64,000 nt of DNA, from the NCBI GenBank assembly GCA_049519055.1, contig JBEKRE010000007.1, positions 21,339 through 85,338 of the forward strand, given 5' to 3'. This DNA comes from Candidatus Sulfotelmatobacter sp. GTDB taxonomy: Bacteria > Acidobacteriota > Terriglobia > Terriglobales > Acidobacteriaceae. The position numbers and the translations under genes are program-made. Below are positions 35,886-45,175 of the stretch, piece after piece (the first letter of the stretch is position 1; each line of letters starts with the position of its first letter). The notes under the pieces were generated by a model. It worked only from the letters and a program-made list of their open reading frames with translations, was not told where the DNA came from and made no database searches.

Positions 35886-37847
35886 TTAGTCGTCCCCGAC
35901 CGTAACCGGCAGCCCGGCCGCAATCTCCTGATCTTTATACTGCAGCTGATAAAGCTTGAAATAAATCCCGCGCTGGGCGAGAAGCTGCTGATGCGTCCCC
36001 ATTTCGCGGAGCTGGCCCTTGTGCATCACGATGATCTTGTCGGCTCTCTGCACAGTCGACAGCCGGTGGGCGATTATCACCGAGGTGCGTCCCTCCACCA
36101 TCCGGCCGAGCGCATCGCGCACGCGAAATTCAGTTTCGGTATCCACGCTCGACGTGGCCTCGTCCAGAATTAGAATCTTCGGTTCATGGGCCAGGGCGCG
36201 TGCAAACGAGATGAGCTGCTTCTGACCGGTGGAGAGCGTCGATCCCCGCTCGCGAACCTCTTCGTCGAACCCCTTCGGCAGAGCGCGGATGAAGTCGGCA
36301 AGGTTCACGTCTTCGGCCGCTTTTTCGACCCCTTTGTCCTGTATGCGCTGCGTGCCCAGGCGGATATTCCCGCCGATCGTCCCGCTGAACAGGAATGGAT
36401 CTTGCAAAACCACGCCGAATCGGCCGCGCAAATCGGCGAGGTCCATGTCTTTCACATCGACCCCGTCGATCCGGACCGCTCCTTTCTGAACGTCGTAGAA
36501 ACGCAGTAGCAGCGAGATGAGCGTGGTCTTTCCAGCGCCCGTGTGCCCGACAATAGCCGCGGTTTCGCCGGGTTCGATCGAGAAGCTGACATCGCGCAGC
36601 ACCCAGTCAGTTCCTACACCGTCGCCTGGCTCAGACGCGTCGCGATAGGTGAACCACACATGATCGAATTCGATCCGTCCCGCTCCCTCCGGACGCTTCG
36701 TCACGGCGGGCGAGACCACCTGAACGGGGGTGTCCAGCAATTTGAATATGCGTTCGCTCGCCGCCATCGCCGATTGCAGGATGTTGTACTTTTCGCTGAA
36801 GTCCATGATTGGCCTGAAGAATCGCAGCGCGTACTGGATGAACGCTACCAGCACGCCCAGCGACACCGCCGTTGGTACGAGGCGAAATGCAATCAGCGTT
36901 TTCCAATTGAAGCTTACGGCCACACTGCTCACGCGAACGATTCGCATCACGTCCCCGCCCCCGAACCAGATGACGCAGGCAATCGCGATCGCCGAGAGAA
37001 TCTCGACGACGGGGTAGTAAACCGAATAAGCCATGATTGCGTCTTTGTACGCGTCCATGTGATTGCGATTGATCTCCGAGAAGCGGTTGTATGCCTTGCG
37101 CTCGCGATTGAACAGCTGCAGCACCACCATCCCGCTGACGTGCTCCTGCAAGTAGGAATTAATGCGCGCGATAGCGACCCGGATGCGCCGGTAGGAGTCG
37201 CGTACCCGATCCCGGAAAATCTTGGTGGAGTAAACGATGAACGGGAGCACGGCAAACGTGATCAACGCCAGCTTCCAGTTCATACAAAGCATCACGCCGA
37301 GAATGCCGAACAGCACGAACAGATCTTCGAAAATCGAAACGACACCGGAAGTGAACATCTCATTCAACGCATCCACGTCGGTAGTAACGCGCGTCACCAG
37401 CCGGCCGACCGGGTTCTTGTCAAAGAAGGCAACGTGCAGTCGCTGCAGATGCCGGAAGATCTGGCGGCGAAGGTCGAACATCACCTTCTGCCCCGTCCAC
37501 TGCATGAAATAGGTTTGCAGAAACTCGAGCAGGAAACTGAAGACCAGCAGTCCAACATAAATCGATGCGATCTGCGCAATGCCGGTGATCGCTCGCGGGC
37601 TGAGCCAACTCCAGAAGCCGGAAGACAAACCTTGGGCGGGAGACAGATATCGATCAATCGCCACTTTGGTGAGATACGGCCCCAGCACGTCGGCGAAAGA
37701 CTTCAGCAAGATCGAAACCAGGGCGATCGCCACCTGCCAGCGATAGGGACGCAAATACTTCAGCAGCCGCGCCATCAGCCGGCTGTCATACGCCTTGCCT
37801 AATACTTCTTCTTCCTGAGACATCGGGTTTCTTGACGATCTGTTCAT
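35886..37847 (-). CDS. ABC transporter permease/ATP-binding fusion (MsbA-like lipid exporter)
   Basis: It has a six-TM domain followed by Walker A 'GHTGAGKTT', signature 'LSTGQKQLISFARAL' and Walker B 'ILILDEATSSVD'. It sits directly upstream of lpxB. The start is ATG 37847 or 37823; the ORF-track extension to 38246 runs across the hemW start. Confidence 0.88.
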   Translation of the reverse strand: MNRSSRNPMSQEEEVLGKAYDSRLMARLLKYLRPYRWQVAIALVSILLKSFADVLGPYLTKVAIDRYLSPAQGLSSGFWSWLSPRAITGIAQIASIYVGLLVFSFLLEFLQTYFMQWTGQKVMFDLRRQIFRHLQRLHVAFFDKNPVGRLVTRVTTDVDALNEMFTSGVVSIFEDLFVLFGILGVMLCMNWKLALITFAVLPFIVYSTKIFRDRVRDSYRRIRVAIARINSYLQEHVSGMVVLQLFNRERKAYNRFSEINRNHMDAYKDAIMAYSVYYPVVEILSAIAIACVIWFGGGDVMRIVRVSSVAVSFNWKTLIAFRLVPTAVSLGVLVAFIQYALRFFRPIMDFSEKYNILQSAMAASERIFKLLDTPVQVVSPAVTKRPEGAGRIEFDHVWFTYRDASEPGDGVGTDWVLRDVSFSIEPGETAAIVGHTGAGKTTLISLLLRFYDVQKGAVRIDGVDVKDMDLADLRGRFGVVLQDPFLFSGTIGGNIRLGTQRIQDKGVEKAAEDVNLADFIRALPKGFDEEVRERGSTLSTGQKQLISFARALAHEPKILILDEATSSVDTETEFRVRDALGRMVEGRTSVIIAHRLSTVQRADKIIVMHKGQLREMGTHQQLLAQRGIYFKLYQLQYKDQEIAAGLPVTVGDD

Positions 37848-37947
37848 TGGCGAGCCCGGGTGAAGCTCGCCAATGGTGCTGCTAACAGGGTAACCCAAAT
37901 AGATGGCCAGAGATGTCGCGAGGATGGAAAACGTTTGGCCGTGCAGG

Positions 37948-37956
37948 TGGGATAAT
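37948..37956 (+). promoter_or_regulatory. extended -10-like element (TGgGATAAT) 8 nt upstream of the hemW ATG, suggesting a leaderless or near-leaderless mRNA
   Basis: TGG GATAAT lies at 37948-37956 and the ATG at 37965. There is no Shine-Dalgarno sequence in the 8-nt gap, and I found no convincing -35. Confidence 0.3.
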
Positions 37957-37964
37957 GGTCTCGC

Positions 37965-39152
37965 ATGCCGCTCGGCGTTTACAGTTCCGTGCCGTTCTGC
38001 CGTACGAAGTGCAGCTACTGCAACTTCGCTTCTGACGTCTTCTCGCGGGCGGCGTTCGAACTCTACGTGAATCGGGTCTGTGCCGACATTGAGAACGCTC
38101 CGCAGGTTGCTGCCAATATGGGCGGCAAAATTGAGCGCGCCGTGGACTCCATCTATCTTGGCGGGGGAACTCCGACCGTGCTCGAGGCCCCGCAACTGGA
38201 ACGAATCTTCACCACGCTGCGCCGGCAATTCGATGTGAGTCCGCAAGCAGAAATCACGGTCGAATGTGCTCCCGGTACGTTAACGACCGCGATGCTGGAG
38301 ACCTTGCTGCGCTGCGGTGTGAACCGCGTCAGTTTCGGCGTGCAGTCGTTTGTGGATCAGGAAGCCGCTGGGGTGGGCCGCCTGCACAAGCGCGTGACTG
38401 TGCTGGAAGATATAAGCCGTCTGCGAGCCGTGGGAATCACCAATATCAATATCGATTTGATCGCGGGCTTGCCACATCAGACCGCCGAAAGTTGGGGATT
38501 CTCTCTGGCAGAAACCATTGCAACCGACGCTCCGCACGTGAGCGTCTACATGCTCGAGGTGGACGAAGACTCCCGCCTGGGACGCGAGCTTATGGCTGGC
38601 GGCTCGCGCTATCATGCGCACTTCGTCCCGGATGCAGAAGCGATCGCCGATTTCTATCTCACCTCCTGTGAACGGCTGCAATCAGCCGGAGTTGCGCAGT
38701 ACGAAATTTCCAACTTTGCGCGCGAGGGTTTTGAGTCACAACACAATCTGAAATATTGGACCCGGCAGCCTTACTTTGGTTTTGGCGTGGACGCTCATTC
38801 CATGCTGGAATCCGCCACTCCAGACATGGAAGCCGTTCGATTCGCAGCCTTTGATTCCCTGGAAAAGTATACGAGTGGCGAAGGGCCAAAGCGAACTGTG
38901 GTCACGCCGCAAGCCGCTTTGGAGGAGAATTGGTTCCTCGGCCTGCGGCTAAGCCGCGGCGTTCGCCTATCTGACCTTGCCGCCAAATTCGGCTTGGAAG
39001 CCGTCAACAATGCTCGTGCCGCGCTGGTAGATCTTATCGAAGGCGGCTTGATGGAACGGGCGGGAGAATCCATCCGCTTGACTCCGCGCGGGCGATTGCT
39101 ATCCAATGAAGTGTTCGAGCGGTTCATTCTTGCGGATGGGGTGGCACGGTGA
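37965..39152 (+). CDS. hemW: radical SAM family haem chaperone HemW (HemN-like)
   Basis: It has 'YSSVPFCRTKCSYCNF' (CxxxCxxC) and 'IYLGGGTPT', and its length of ~395 aa is typical of HemW. Confidence 0.88.
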   Translation: MPLGVYSSVPFCRTKCSYCNFASDVFSRAAFELYVNRVCADIENAPQVAANMGGKIERAVDSIYLGGGTPTVLEAPQLERIFTTLRRQFDVSPQAEITVECAPGTLTTAMLETLLRCGVNRVSFGVQSFVDQEAAGVGRLHKRVTVLEDISRLRAVGITNINIDLIAGLPHQTAESWGFSLAETIATDAPHVSVYMLEVDEDSRLGRELMAGGSRYHAHFVPDAEAIADFYLTSCERLQSAGVAQYEISNFAREGFESQHNLKYWTRQPYFGFGVDAHSMLESATPDMEAVRFAAFDSLEKYTSGEGPKRTVVTPQAALEENWFLGLRLSRGVRLSDLAAKFGLEAVNNARAALVDLIEGGLMERAGESIRLTPRGRLLSNEVFERFILADGVAR

Positions 39153-39322
39153 GCCTTGCGGCGAGAAATCTGCTGGAACCATGAACTGGCGGGCCGTCCG
39201 GTCGGTTGGACTGCTGGCTTTCATACTCATGATCCCCAGTAGTGACGCGGGTTCGCGCACGTTTCCTTTCTGCCGCCCGAGGTAACTTTTTCCCTTTCCG
39301 CCGCTATGTTCTAATCCAGAAA

Positions 39323-39343
39323 GCCGCGAAGCTGCGGCCTTTT
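39323..39343 (+). terminator. small hairpin plus T-run downstream of hemW (possible intrinsic terminator)
   Basis: The hairpin is GCCGC-GAAGCT-GCGGC followed by CTTTT, and it is flanked 5' by AAA. The stem is short (5 bp). Confidence 0.35.
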
Positions 39344-39389
39344 GTGGCCGGAAACAACCCGGCATGCGGTCGCAGAAGTGGAGGAGTCC

Positions 39390-40532
39390 TTGGATTTTCA
39401 ACTGAACGACGAGCAGCTGCATTTGAAGAAGAGCGTTCGGGAATTCGCCGAGCGCGAGATCGCCCCCAACGTCATGAAATGGGATGAGGCCTCCGAGTTT
39501 CCTCTGGCCACCGTCAAGGAACTGGGCAAGCTTGGATTGTTAGGAACCGTCTTTCCCGCCGAATATGGCGGTGCGGGCATGGGCTATGTGGAATATGCCA
39601 CTGCGATCGAGGAGTTGTCCCGCGTCGATGGCTCCGTTGGCATCATTGTCGCCGCACATACCTCCCTCTGCTCCAATCACATCTTTCTCGCCGGAGACGA
39701 GGCGCAAAAAAAGAAATACGTCAGCAAACTTGCGACCGGTGAATTCCTAGGTGCCTGGGGATTGACTGAGCCCTCTTCCGGATCGGACGCCGGCAGCGCT
39801 CGCATGACGGCGCGGCACAAGGGTAGCAGTTGGGTTCTCAACGGCACGAAAACTTTCTGTACCAACGGCCACTACGCCGACGTGATCGTCGTGCTCGCGG
39901 TGACCGACCGCACTGCGCATACGCACGGACTTTCGGCATTCATCGTCGAGAAAGATACCAAAGGATTTCGTCCAGGCAAGAAAGAGAACAAGCTCGGCTT
40001 GCGGGCGAGTGACACCGCGGAAATGATTTTTGAAGATTGCACAATCCCCCCAGAGAATCTGCTGGGCAAGGAAGGCGATGGCTTCATCGACGCAATGCGC
40101 GTGCTCGATGGCGGCCGAATCTCCATCGCGGCCCTGTCGCTAGGCATGGCCCAGGGCGCATATGAAGCCGCCCTCAACTACTCCAAGGAGCGCAAGCAAT
40201 TTGGCAAGGCCATCGGAGAGTTTCAGGCGATCCAGTGGAAGCTGGCCGATATGGCCACGGAGATTGACGCCGCCCGCTTGCTAACCCTGCGCGCGGCGTC
40301 AATGAAGGACGCTGGCATGAAGACGACTCTGGAGTCCTCTATGGCAAAGCTGTATGCCAGCGAAATTGCGGTGAAATGCGCCAATGAAGGCGTGCAGATT
40401 CACGGCGGCTACGGCTTTATCAAAGACTATCCGGCAGAAAAGTTTTACCGCGATGTGAAGCTGTGCACGATCGGGGAAGGCACCAGCGAGATTCAGCGCT
40501 TGGTGATAGCGAGGCAGTTGCTTAAAGACTGA
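39390..40532 (+). CDS. acyl-CoA dehydrogenase (short/butyryl-CoA dehydrogenase-like)
   Basis: 'FQLNDEQ...[10 protein letters not shown]', '[14 protein letters not shown]', 'ITNG' -like 'CTNGHYAD' and '[14 protein letters not shown]'-like '[14 protein letters not shown]' are ACAD blocks. The TTG start at 39390 lies 2 nt after a GGAGGAG Shine-Dalgarno sequence (39379-39387). Confidence 0.9.
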   Translation: MDFQLNDEQLHLKKSVREFAEREIAPNVMKWDEASEFPLATVKELGKLGLLGTVFPAEYGGAGMGYVEYATAIEELSRVDGSVGIIVAAHTSLCSNHIFLAGDEAQKKKYVSKLATGEFLGAWGLTEPSSGSDAGSARMTARHKGSSWVLNGTKTFCTNGHYADVIVVLAVTDRTAHTHGLSAFIVEKDTKGFRPGKKENKLGLRASDTAEMIFEDCTIPPENLLGKEGDGFIDAMRVLDGGRISIAALSLGMAQGAYEAALNYSKERKQFGKAIGEFQAIQWKLADMATEIDAARLLTLRAASMKDAGMKTTLESSMAKLYASEIAVKCANEGVQIHGGYGFIKDYPAEKFYRDVKLCTIGEGTSEIQRLVIARQLLKD

Positions 40533-40580
40533 AATCGGCTAGCATTTCATCTTTTTCTTCCTCTGCTTTACACTGACGGT

Positions 40581-41534
40581 TTGAGCCAACACATCCAGAC
40601 ATGGATTGACCAGCTCTGTTCCGGCGACGTCCGAGCGCTTGCCCGAGCCATTTCTACCGTGGAGAATCGCGCCCCAGGATGGTCCGAGTTGCTGAAGGCG
40701 GTATTTCCTCACAGTGGCAAGGCGCTCGTCCTCGGCCTGACCGGGTCGCCGGGGGCGGGGAAGAGCACGCTGGTCGATCAGCTTGCTCGTCTCTATCGCA
40801 AAGACAATCACACGGTCGGGATTATCGCCGTTGATCCTACTAGCCCGTACTCCGGCGGAGCGATTCTGGGCGATCGCATCCGCATGCAGGATCATTTCTC
40901 CGATCCCGGCATTTATATTCGCAGCATGGCCACGCGTGGCTGCTTGGGCGGTCTGGCGCGCACCACGGCCGATGTCACCACGGTGCTGGATGCTTCCGGC
41001 CGCGACCTCATCATGATTGAGACCGTGGGCGTAGGTCAGGACGAAGTGGATATCGTGCGCCTGGCCGACGTCACGGTTGTGATTCTGGTTCCGGGCATGG
41101 GCGATGATGTGCAAACCATCAAAGCCGGCATCATGGAGATTGCCGATATCTTCGTAATCAATAAGAGCGACCGCGAAGGCGCCGAACACGTGGAGCGCGA
41201 AATTCGCACGTTGCAATCGCTCGCCATACGCAACGACGGCTGGACTCCTCCGATCGTTAAGACAACCGCCAGCCATGGAGTGGGAATCCAGGAACTGGCG
41301 GATGCAATCTCGGACTACGAAGCGCATTTGCAAAAGGAAAATCTGGCGCTCCCCAAAAGTGTCGAGAACTGGCAGGAGCGCTTGATCGAAATGCTGCGCG
41401 ACGCCATGCTCGAGAAGGCGCGAACACAATTCGCTGACGGCAGCCTGGCACGGATGGCTGCCGAAGTAGCGGAACACAAGCGCGATCCGTACAGCCTGGT
41501 CGAGGAAATCGCCGCCAACGTGGGGAAACGCTGA
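40581..41534 (+). CDS. meaB: methylmalonyl-CoA mutase-associated G-protein chaperone MeaB (ArgK family)
   Basis: 'LTGSPGAGKSTLV', 'IAVDPTSPYSGGAILGDRIRM' and 'INKSD' are the MeaB GTPase motifs. Confidence 0.9.
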   Translation: MSQHIQTWIDQLCSGDVRALARAISTVENRAPGWSELLKAVFPHSGKALVLGLTGSPGAGKSTLVDQLARLYRKDNHTVGIIAVDPTSPYSGGAILGDRIRMQDHFSDPGIYIRSMATRGCLGGLARTTADVTTVLDASGRDLIMIETVGVGQDEVDIVRLADVTVVILVPGMGDDVQTIKAGIMEIADIFVINKSDREGAEHVEREIRTLQSLAIRNDGWTPPIVKTTASHGVGIQELADAISDYEAHLQKENLALPKSVENWQERLIEMLRDAMLEKARTQFADGSLARMAAEVAEHKRDPYSLVEEIAANVGKR

Positions 41535-41926
41535 TGACCCAGATTGATCACATTGGCATAGCCGTGAAGTCGCTGGCAGCGGCGAAATCGATCTACGAGA
41601 AACTCGGCCTTGTCGTTTCTCCCGAGGAAACCGTGGAGCAGGAGCAGGTGCGCCTGGTAATGGTTCCCGTAGGCGAAAGCCGATTGGAGCTGTTGGAGGC
41701 GACCTCGGACACTTCGACGATAGCCAAGTTTATTGCCAAGCGGGGGGAAGGGTTGCATCACGTATGCCTGCGTGTTCCCGATCTGCCGGCGGCCGTCGAG
41801 CGCCTGGAGAAAGCCGGAGTGCGCTTGGTTTCAGGGGAAATTAAGACTGGCGCGGGCGGGCACCGATATGTTTTCGTACATCCTGCCAGCGCGGGCGGCG
41901 TGCTGCTGGAATTGGTGGAGGGATAG
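41534..41926 (+). CDS. mce: methylmalonyl-CoA epimerase (VOC fold)
   Basis: 'IDHIGIAV', 'GEGLHHVCLRV' and 'GGVLLELVE' are epimerase blocks. The ATG overlaps the meaB stop by 1 nt (TGATG). Confidence 0.88.
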   Translation: MTQIDHIGIAVKSLAAAKSIYEKLGLVVSPEETVEQEQVRLVMVPVGESRLELLEATSDTSTIAKFIAKRGEGLHHVCLRVPDLPAAVERLEKAGVRLVSGEIKTGAGGHRYVFVHPASAGGVLLELVEG

Positions 41927-41987
41927 ATGGACAAGATCGGGGACGAATCTCCACGGATTTTTCACGGATAGATCAATTACATTTCTC

Positions 41988-42674
41988 ATGCTCCTCCTCG
42001 CCATCGATACCTCCGGCAAGCACGGCAGCATCGCCCTGGCGCGAACAGGGGAGCGATCCGCCGATCTGAACGACGTGGAATTGATCGGAACCGTACCCTT
42101 GGCCGGCGGCACTTTTTCCGCGCAGCTAGTTCCGCAGATCGCCGCTCTGCTCTCCAGTCACGGATTTACCAAGCGCGAGATCGGTGCTTTTGCGGTGGCC
42201 TCCGGGCCGGGATCCTTTACAGGCCTTCGAATCGGCTTAGCCGCGGTGAAGGCTCTAGCCGAGGTGCTAGACAAGCCGATTGCGGCGGTATCGCTGCTGG
42301 AAGTGTGCGCCTTTACAAGTGGGGCTCGAGGCAAAGTGATGGCTGCTCTCGATGCGGGCCGGACTGAGGTATACGCCGGGGAGTATCAAGTCCCGGTCGA
42401 AGCTGGCAACATTGCACGCGAGCGTATCCTGACACGCACAGAATTCCTTGCAGAAGCACAAGGGCGGACAGTCGTAACTCCAGATCCTGCGCTCGCCCAA
42501 GCGGCTACTGCAGCCGGACTATTAGTGCTAAGCTTGCCGCTCCTTTCAGCGGCTGCCGTTGCCCGTCTAGGCTGGCGCAGGCTCGAGTCCAGCGAGACCG
42601 TAACAGCCGAGCAGTTAGAGGCTAACTATATTCGCCGCACCGATGCCGAAATGCTCGAGAGAATCGGCTCCTAA
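41988..42674 (+). CDS. tsaB: tRNA threonylcarbamoyladenosine (t6A) biosynthesis protein TsaB
   Basis: 'LLLAIDTSGKHGSIAL', 'FAVASGPGSFTGLRIG' are TsaB blocks. The start is set at ATG 41988; the longer ORF from 41733 overlaps the epimerase gene. Confidence 0.88.
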   Translation: MLLLAIDTSGKHGSIALARTGERSADLNDVELIGTVPLAGGTFSAQLVPQIAALLSSHGFTKREIGAFAVASGPGSFTGLRIGLAAVKALAEVLDKPIAAVSLLEVCAFTSGARGKVMAALDAGRTEVYAGEYQVPVEAGNIARERILTRTEFLAEAQGRTVVTPDPALAQAATAAGLLVLSLPLLSAAAVARLGWRRLESSETVTAEQLEANYIRRTDAEMLERIGS

Positions 42675-42676
42675 GC

Positions 42677-43156
42677 GTGCACCTCCGACGGGCCAACTCG
42701 GCTGATATTCCCGCCATGATGCTTATCGAGCAGGAAAGCCCAAGCGCCGCCGATTGGTCCCAGGCCCAACATGAAGCCATGTTCGCAACCGATGATCCGG
42801 CGTTCCAACGCAGCGGATGGGTGGTTGAATCCTCAGCGCAAGAAAAAGTCTCAACTGAACCGACCGTCCTCCTGGGCTTCTTGATAGCGCATAAGATCGA
42901 TGGCGAGTGGGAGCTGGAAAACATCGTGGTCGCCGAGAAAGCTCGACGACGCGGCGTGGGTACCCGCCTTTTGACCGAGTTCATAGAACATGTAAGCCTT
43001 GAAAATGGCAGCGCCATATTCCTCGAGGTCCGCGCATCCAACCATGTCGCCCGCAGCATATATCGGAAGGCGGGCTTTGAAGAGACTGGCGTCCGAAGGA
43101 ACTACTACAGCAACCCGCCCGAGAGCGCCATATTGTACCGGCGGCGCATTTCTTAG
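42677..43156 (+). CDS. rimI: ribosomal-protein-alanine N-acetyltransferase (GNAT)
   Basis: It has the GNAT motif A 'VAEKARRRGVGTRLL' and 'EVRASNHVARSIYRKAGFE'. The tsaB-rimI adjacency is conserved. Confidence 0.85.
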   Translation: MHLRRANSADIPAMMLIEQESPSAADWSQAQHEAMFATDDPAFQRSGWVVESSAQEKVSTEPTVLLGFLIAHKIDGEWELENIVVAEKARRRGVGTRLLTEFIEHVSLENGSAIFLEVRASNHVARSIYRKAGFEETGVRRNYYSNPPESAILYRRRIS

Positions 43157-43254
43157 GGTTTCTCACAAAGAGACTGCACAAGATTTCGGCATTGAACCGT
43201 TTTTAGGGCTGTGGTACTTTGGCGATATAAATTCCCCGTTGGAGGTCTGCCTGG

Positions 43255-43485
43255 ATGCTGACTCCGAATGACGCTCTCCTGAGCACGCATGATGAATTCC
43301 GCAAGCTGGCTCAGGAGCACATGCAATATTCCACCCGTCTTGACTCTCTCACTCAAAAACGTTACCTCAGCGAAGATGAAAAGCTGGAGGAAGTGCGGCT
43401 CAAGAAGCTGAAGCTCCGGCTCAAAGACCAGATGCAATCGATTGAGCGGCAGTATCGCCAGCAGTTCGGAACGCACGTAGCATAA
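43255..43485 (+). CDS. DUF465 (YdcH-like) small coiled-coil protein
   Basis: It is 76 aa with the 'L...E.LK..RL.LKD' pattern typical of DUF465, and a strong terminator follows it. Confidence 0.7.
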   Translation: MLTPNDALLSTHDEFRKLAQEHMQYSTRLDSLTQKRYLSEDEKLEEVRLKKLKLRLKDQMQSIERQYRQQFGTHVA

Positions 43486-43543
43486 AGTCTCTGACCATTG
43501 AAGGCGCGGCCGTAGCCGCCAGGGAATTTTGTTTCTGCTCATG

Positions 43544-43570
43544 GGCGCTGATCAGCGCCTTTCTTTATTT
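43544..43570 (+). terminator. Rho-independent terminator
   Basis: A perfect 16-nt GC-rich palindrome, GGCGCTGATCAGCGCC (43544-43559), is followed directly by TTTCTTTATTT. Confidence 0.75.
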
Positions 43571-43631
43571 GGACTTAGGCTAATGCTAAGCCATCATCGT
43601 TCGCCCCTGCTCTATAATTAAATCTGCTCTC

Positions 43632-44297
43632 ATGGTTCGTGACGGCTACTACTACGCGCTAGGTTTGATTGCTGCAGGAGTGCTGGTCGGCTGGGTCGCG
43701 CGGCCGATCTGGGCCCTCGTCCCCGTGTTGCTTGCGCTATTTTTCCTGTGGTTCTTTCGCGACCCTGAGCGACCAATTCCCGACGCCGCGGACGCAGTGG
43801 TCTCGCCCGCGGACGGTAAGGTAACGGATGTTTCCTGGCTAACCGCTGACGGAGAAAAGCGCCTCCGCATCAGCATTTTTCTGAGTGTTTTTGATGTGCA
43901 CGTGAATCGGTCGCCGATCGCCGGCTTCGTCCGCGAGATACGGTACCAGCGCGGAAAATTCCTGAATGCAATGAACCCAACTTCAGCCGAAGAGAACGAG
44001 CAGAACATCGCCCGCGTGGAAGGCGATGGTCAAACGGTCGTTTTCAAACAGATTGCGGGACTGCTGGCGCGGCGCATCGTCTTCGATCCGAAAGTGGGCG
44101 ATCGTCTGGAGCGTGGCCAGCGTGTTGGATTGATCAAGTTTGGCTCCCGCACCGACGTAATCCTTAACTCTACTGCCAGCGTAAAAGTGAAGGTCGGAGA
44201 CCGTGTTCGTGGCGGGTCAAGCGTTTTGGCCTATTTGCAGCCGAGCGGAGAACTGGCGGCCGCTGCGCGACAGTCGGCCAGAGAAGGGGCGCGATAA
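43632..44297 (+). CDS. psd: phosphatidylserine decarboxylase (short, archaetidylserine-decarboxylase-related type)
   Basis: It has two N-terminal TM helices, 'VSPADGKV', 'HVNRSP' and the 'KFGSRTD' self-cleavage region. A TATAAT hexamer at 43613-43618 lies 13 nt upstream of the ATG. Confidence 0.85.
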   Translation: MVRDGYYYALGLIAAGVLVGWVARPIWALVPVLLALFFLWFFRDPERPIPDAADAVVSPADGKVTDVSWLTADGEKRLRISIFLSVFDVHVNRSPIAGFVREIRYQRGKFLNAMNPTSAEENEQNIARVEGDGQTVVFKQIAGLLARRIVFDPKVGDRLERGQRVGLIKFGSRTDVILNSTASVKVKVGDRVRGGSSVLAYLQPSGELAAAARQSAREGAR

Positions 44298-45175
44298 TGG
44301 AACTTGGGCAACGCCCGGATCAATCTATGGACCAGCGCCGGCCGCGCCGCCGCATGAGCAAAGGGATGTATATTCTCCCCTCCCTATTCACTACCGGGAA
44401 CATGGCGGCCGGCTTCTATGCCATTCTTGAGGTTGTCCACGCCAGCGCCTCGAACTTCTGGCACTTGGACAACGCTGCCAAGGCCATCGGCTTTGCCGTC
44501 TTATTCGATGGACTGGATGGACGAGTCGCCCGCATGACCGGGACCAGCAGCGATTTCGGCAAGGAATTCGATTCGCTGGCAGATGTGATCACCTTTGGCG
44601 TGGCACCGGCAATGTTGGCCTGGACTTGGGGATTCCACTTGATGCCGCCAGTCGCGCTGACGGATTGGAACATTAAGCTCACGCAGTTGGGCGCGATTGC
44701 CAGCTTCTTGTTCCTGATGGCGGGAGCCAGCCGTTTGGCGCGGTTCAATATCACGACGAACCCTCAGCCTTCCAATCCCGGTCGGCCGGGGAAGAAGTAC
44801 TTCGTGGGCATGCCCATTCCGGCCGGCGCTGGCGTCATTGCAGCCATCGTTCATTTTCAGGGAGGAGCTCCGCTGGATTCCTGGTATACAGCTATCACCT
44901 GGCTCGCAATGGTTGCCGCCGTCGGCTATCTGATGGTAAGTACCTGGCGATTCTATAGCTTCAAAGACATTGATTTTTCTTCCCGCCGGCCTTTCCGTCT
45001 GATCATCTTATTTGGCGGCCTGTTCGCCGGCGTATGGTTTTTTTCCAAGCCGGTGCTGTTCGGAGTGGCGCTGCTTTATACATTCTCCGGTGTGTTCTGG
45101 CGGTTGCAGTGGATCTTCCGCCGCCGGAGCCAGCCTCCGCCGCCCACTTACAAGGAGGCTGCGCAGACTCCATGA
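44297..45175 (+). CDS. pssA: CDP-diacylglycerol--serine O-phosphatidyltransferase
   Basis: It has the CDP-alcohol phosphatidyltransferase motif 'DGLDGRVARMTGTSSDFGKEFDSLADV'. The start overlaps the psd stop (TAATG). An internal Met start is possible. Confidence 0.88.
   Translation: MELGQRPDQSMDQRRPRRRMSKGMYILPSLFTTGNMAAGFYAILEVVHASASNFWHLDNAAKAIGFAVLFDGLDGRVARMTGTSSDFGKEFDSLADVITFGVAPAMLAWTWGFHLMPPVALTDWNIKLTQLGAIASFLFLMAGASRLARFNITTNPQPSNPGRPGKKYFVGMPIPAGAGVIAAIVHFQGGAPLDSWYTAITWLAMVAAVGYLMVSTWRFYSFKDIDFSSRRPFRLIILFGGLFAGVWFFSKPVLFGVALLYTFSGVFWRLQWIFRRRSQPPPPTYKEAAQTP

Noticed and set aside
36543-37802. A 419-aa ORF lies antisense to the MsbA-like ABC transporter gene.
   Set aside because: The reasoning is the same as above. 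The sense strand carries unmistakable Walker A/B and ABC signature motifs, while the antisense product has none.
37848-38246. Several ORF-track entries have long N-terminal extensions: 35886..38246, 27068..28432, 41733..42674, 45034..46251, 46203..46766, 53647..55044, 58793..60625 and 10447..10902.
   Set aside because: The extensions overlap the neighbouring gene or its start and lack family similarity. Internal starts give canonical N-termini, often with a Shine-Dalgarno sequence or an ATGA/TGATG coupling to the upstream stop. I therefore used the shorter coordinates.
39142-39159. TGGCAC...TTGC spans the hemW stop and looks sigma-54-promoter-like.
   Set aside because: The GG to GC spacing is 13 nt instead of 10.
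39181-39285. A 34-codon ORF (MNWRAVRSVGLLAFILMIPSSDAGSRTFPFCRPR) with a signal-peptide-like start lies between hemW and the acyl-CoA dehydrogenase gene.
   Set aside because: It has no Shine-Dalgarno sequence and no recognisable family. It is too short to judge from composition, and I cannot test conservation here.
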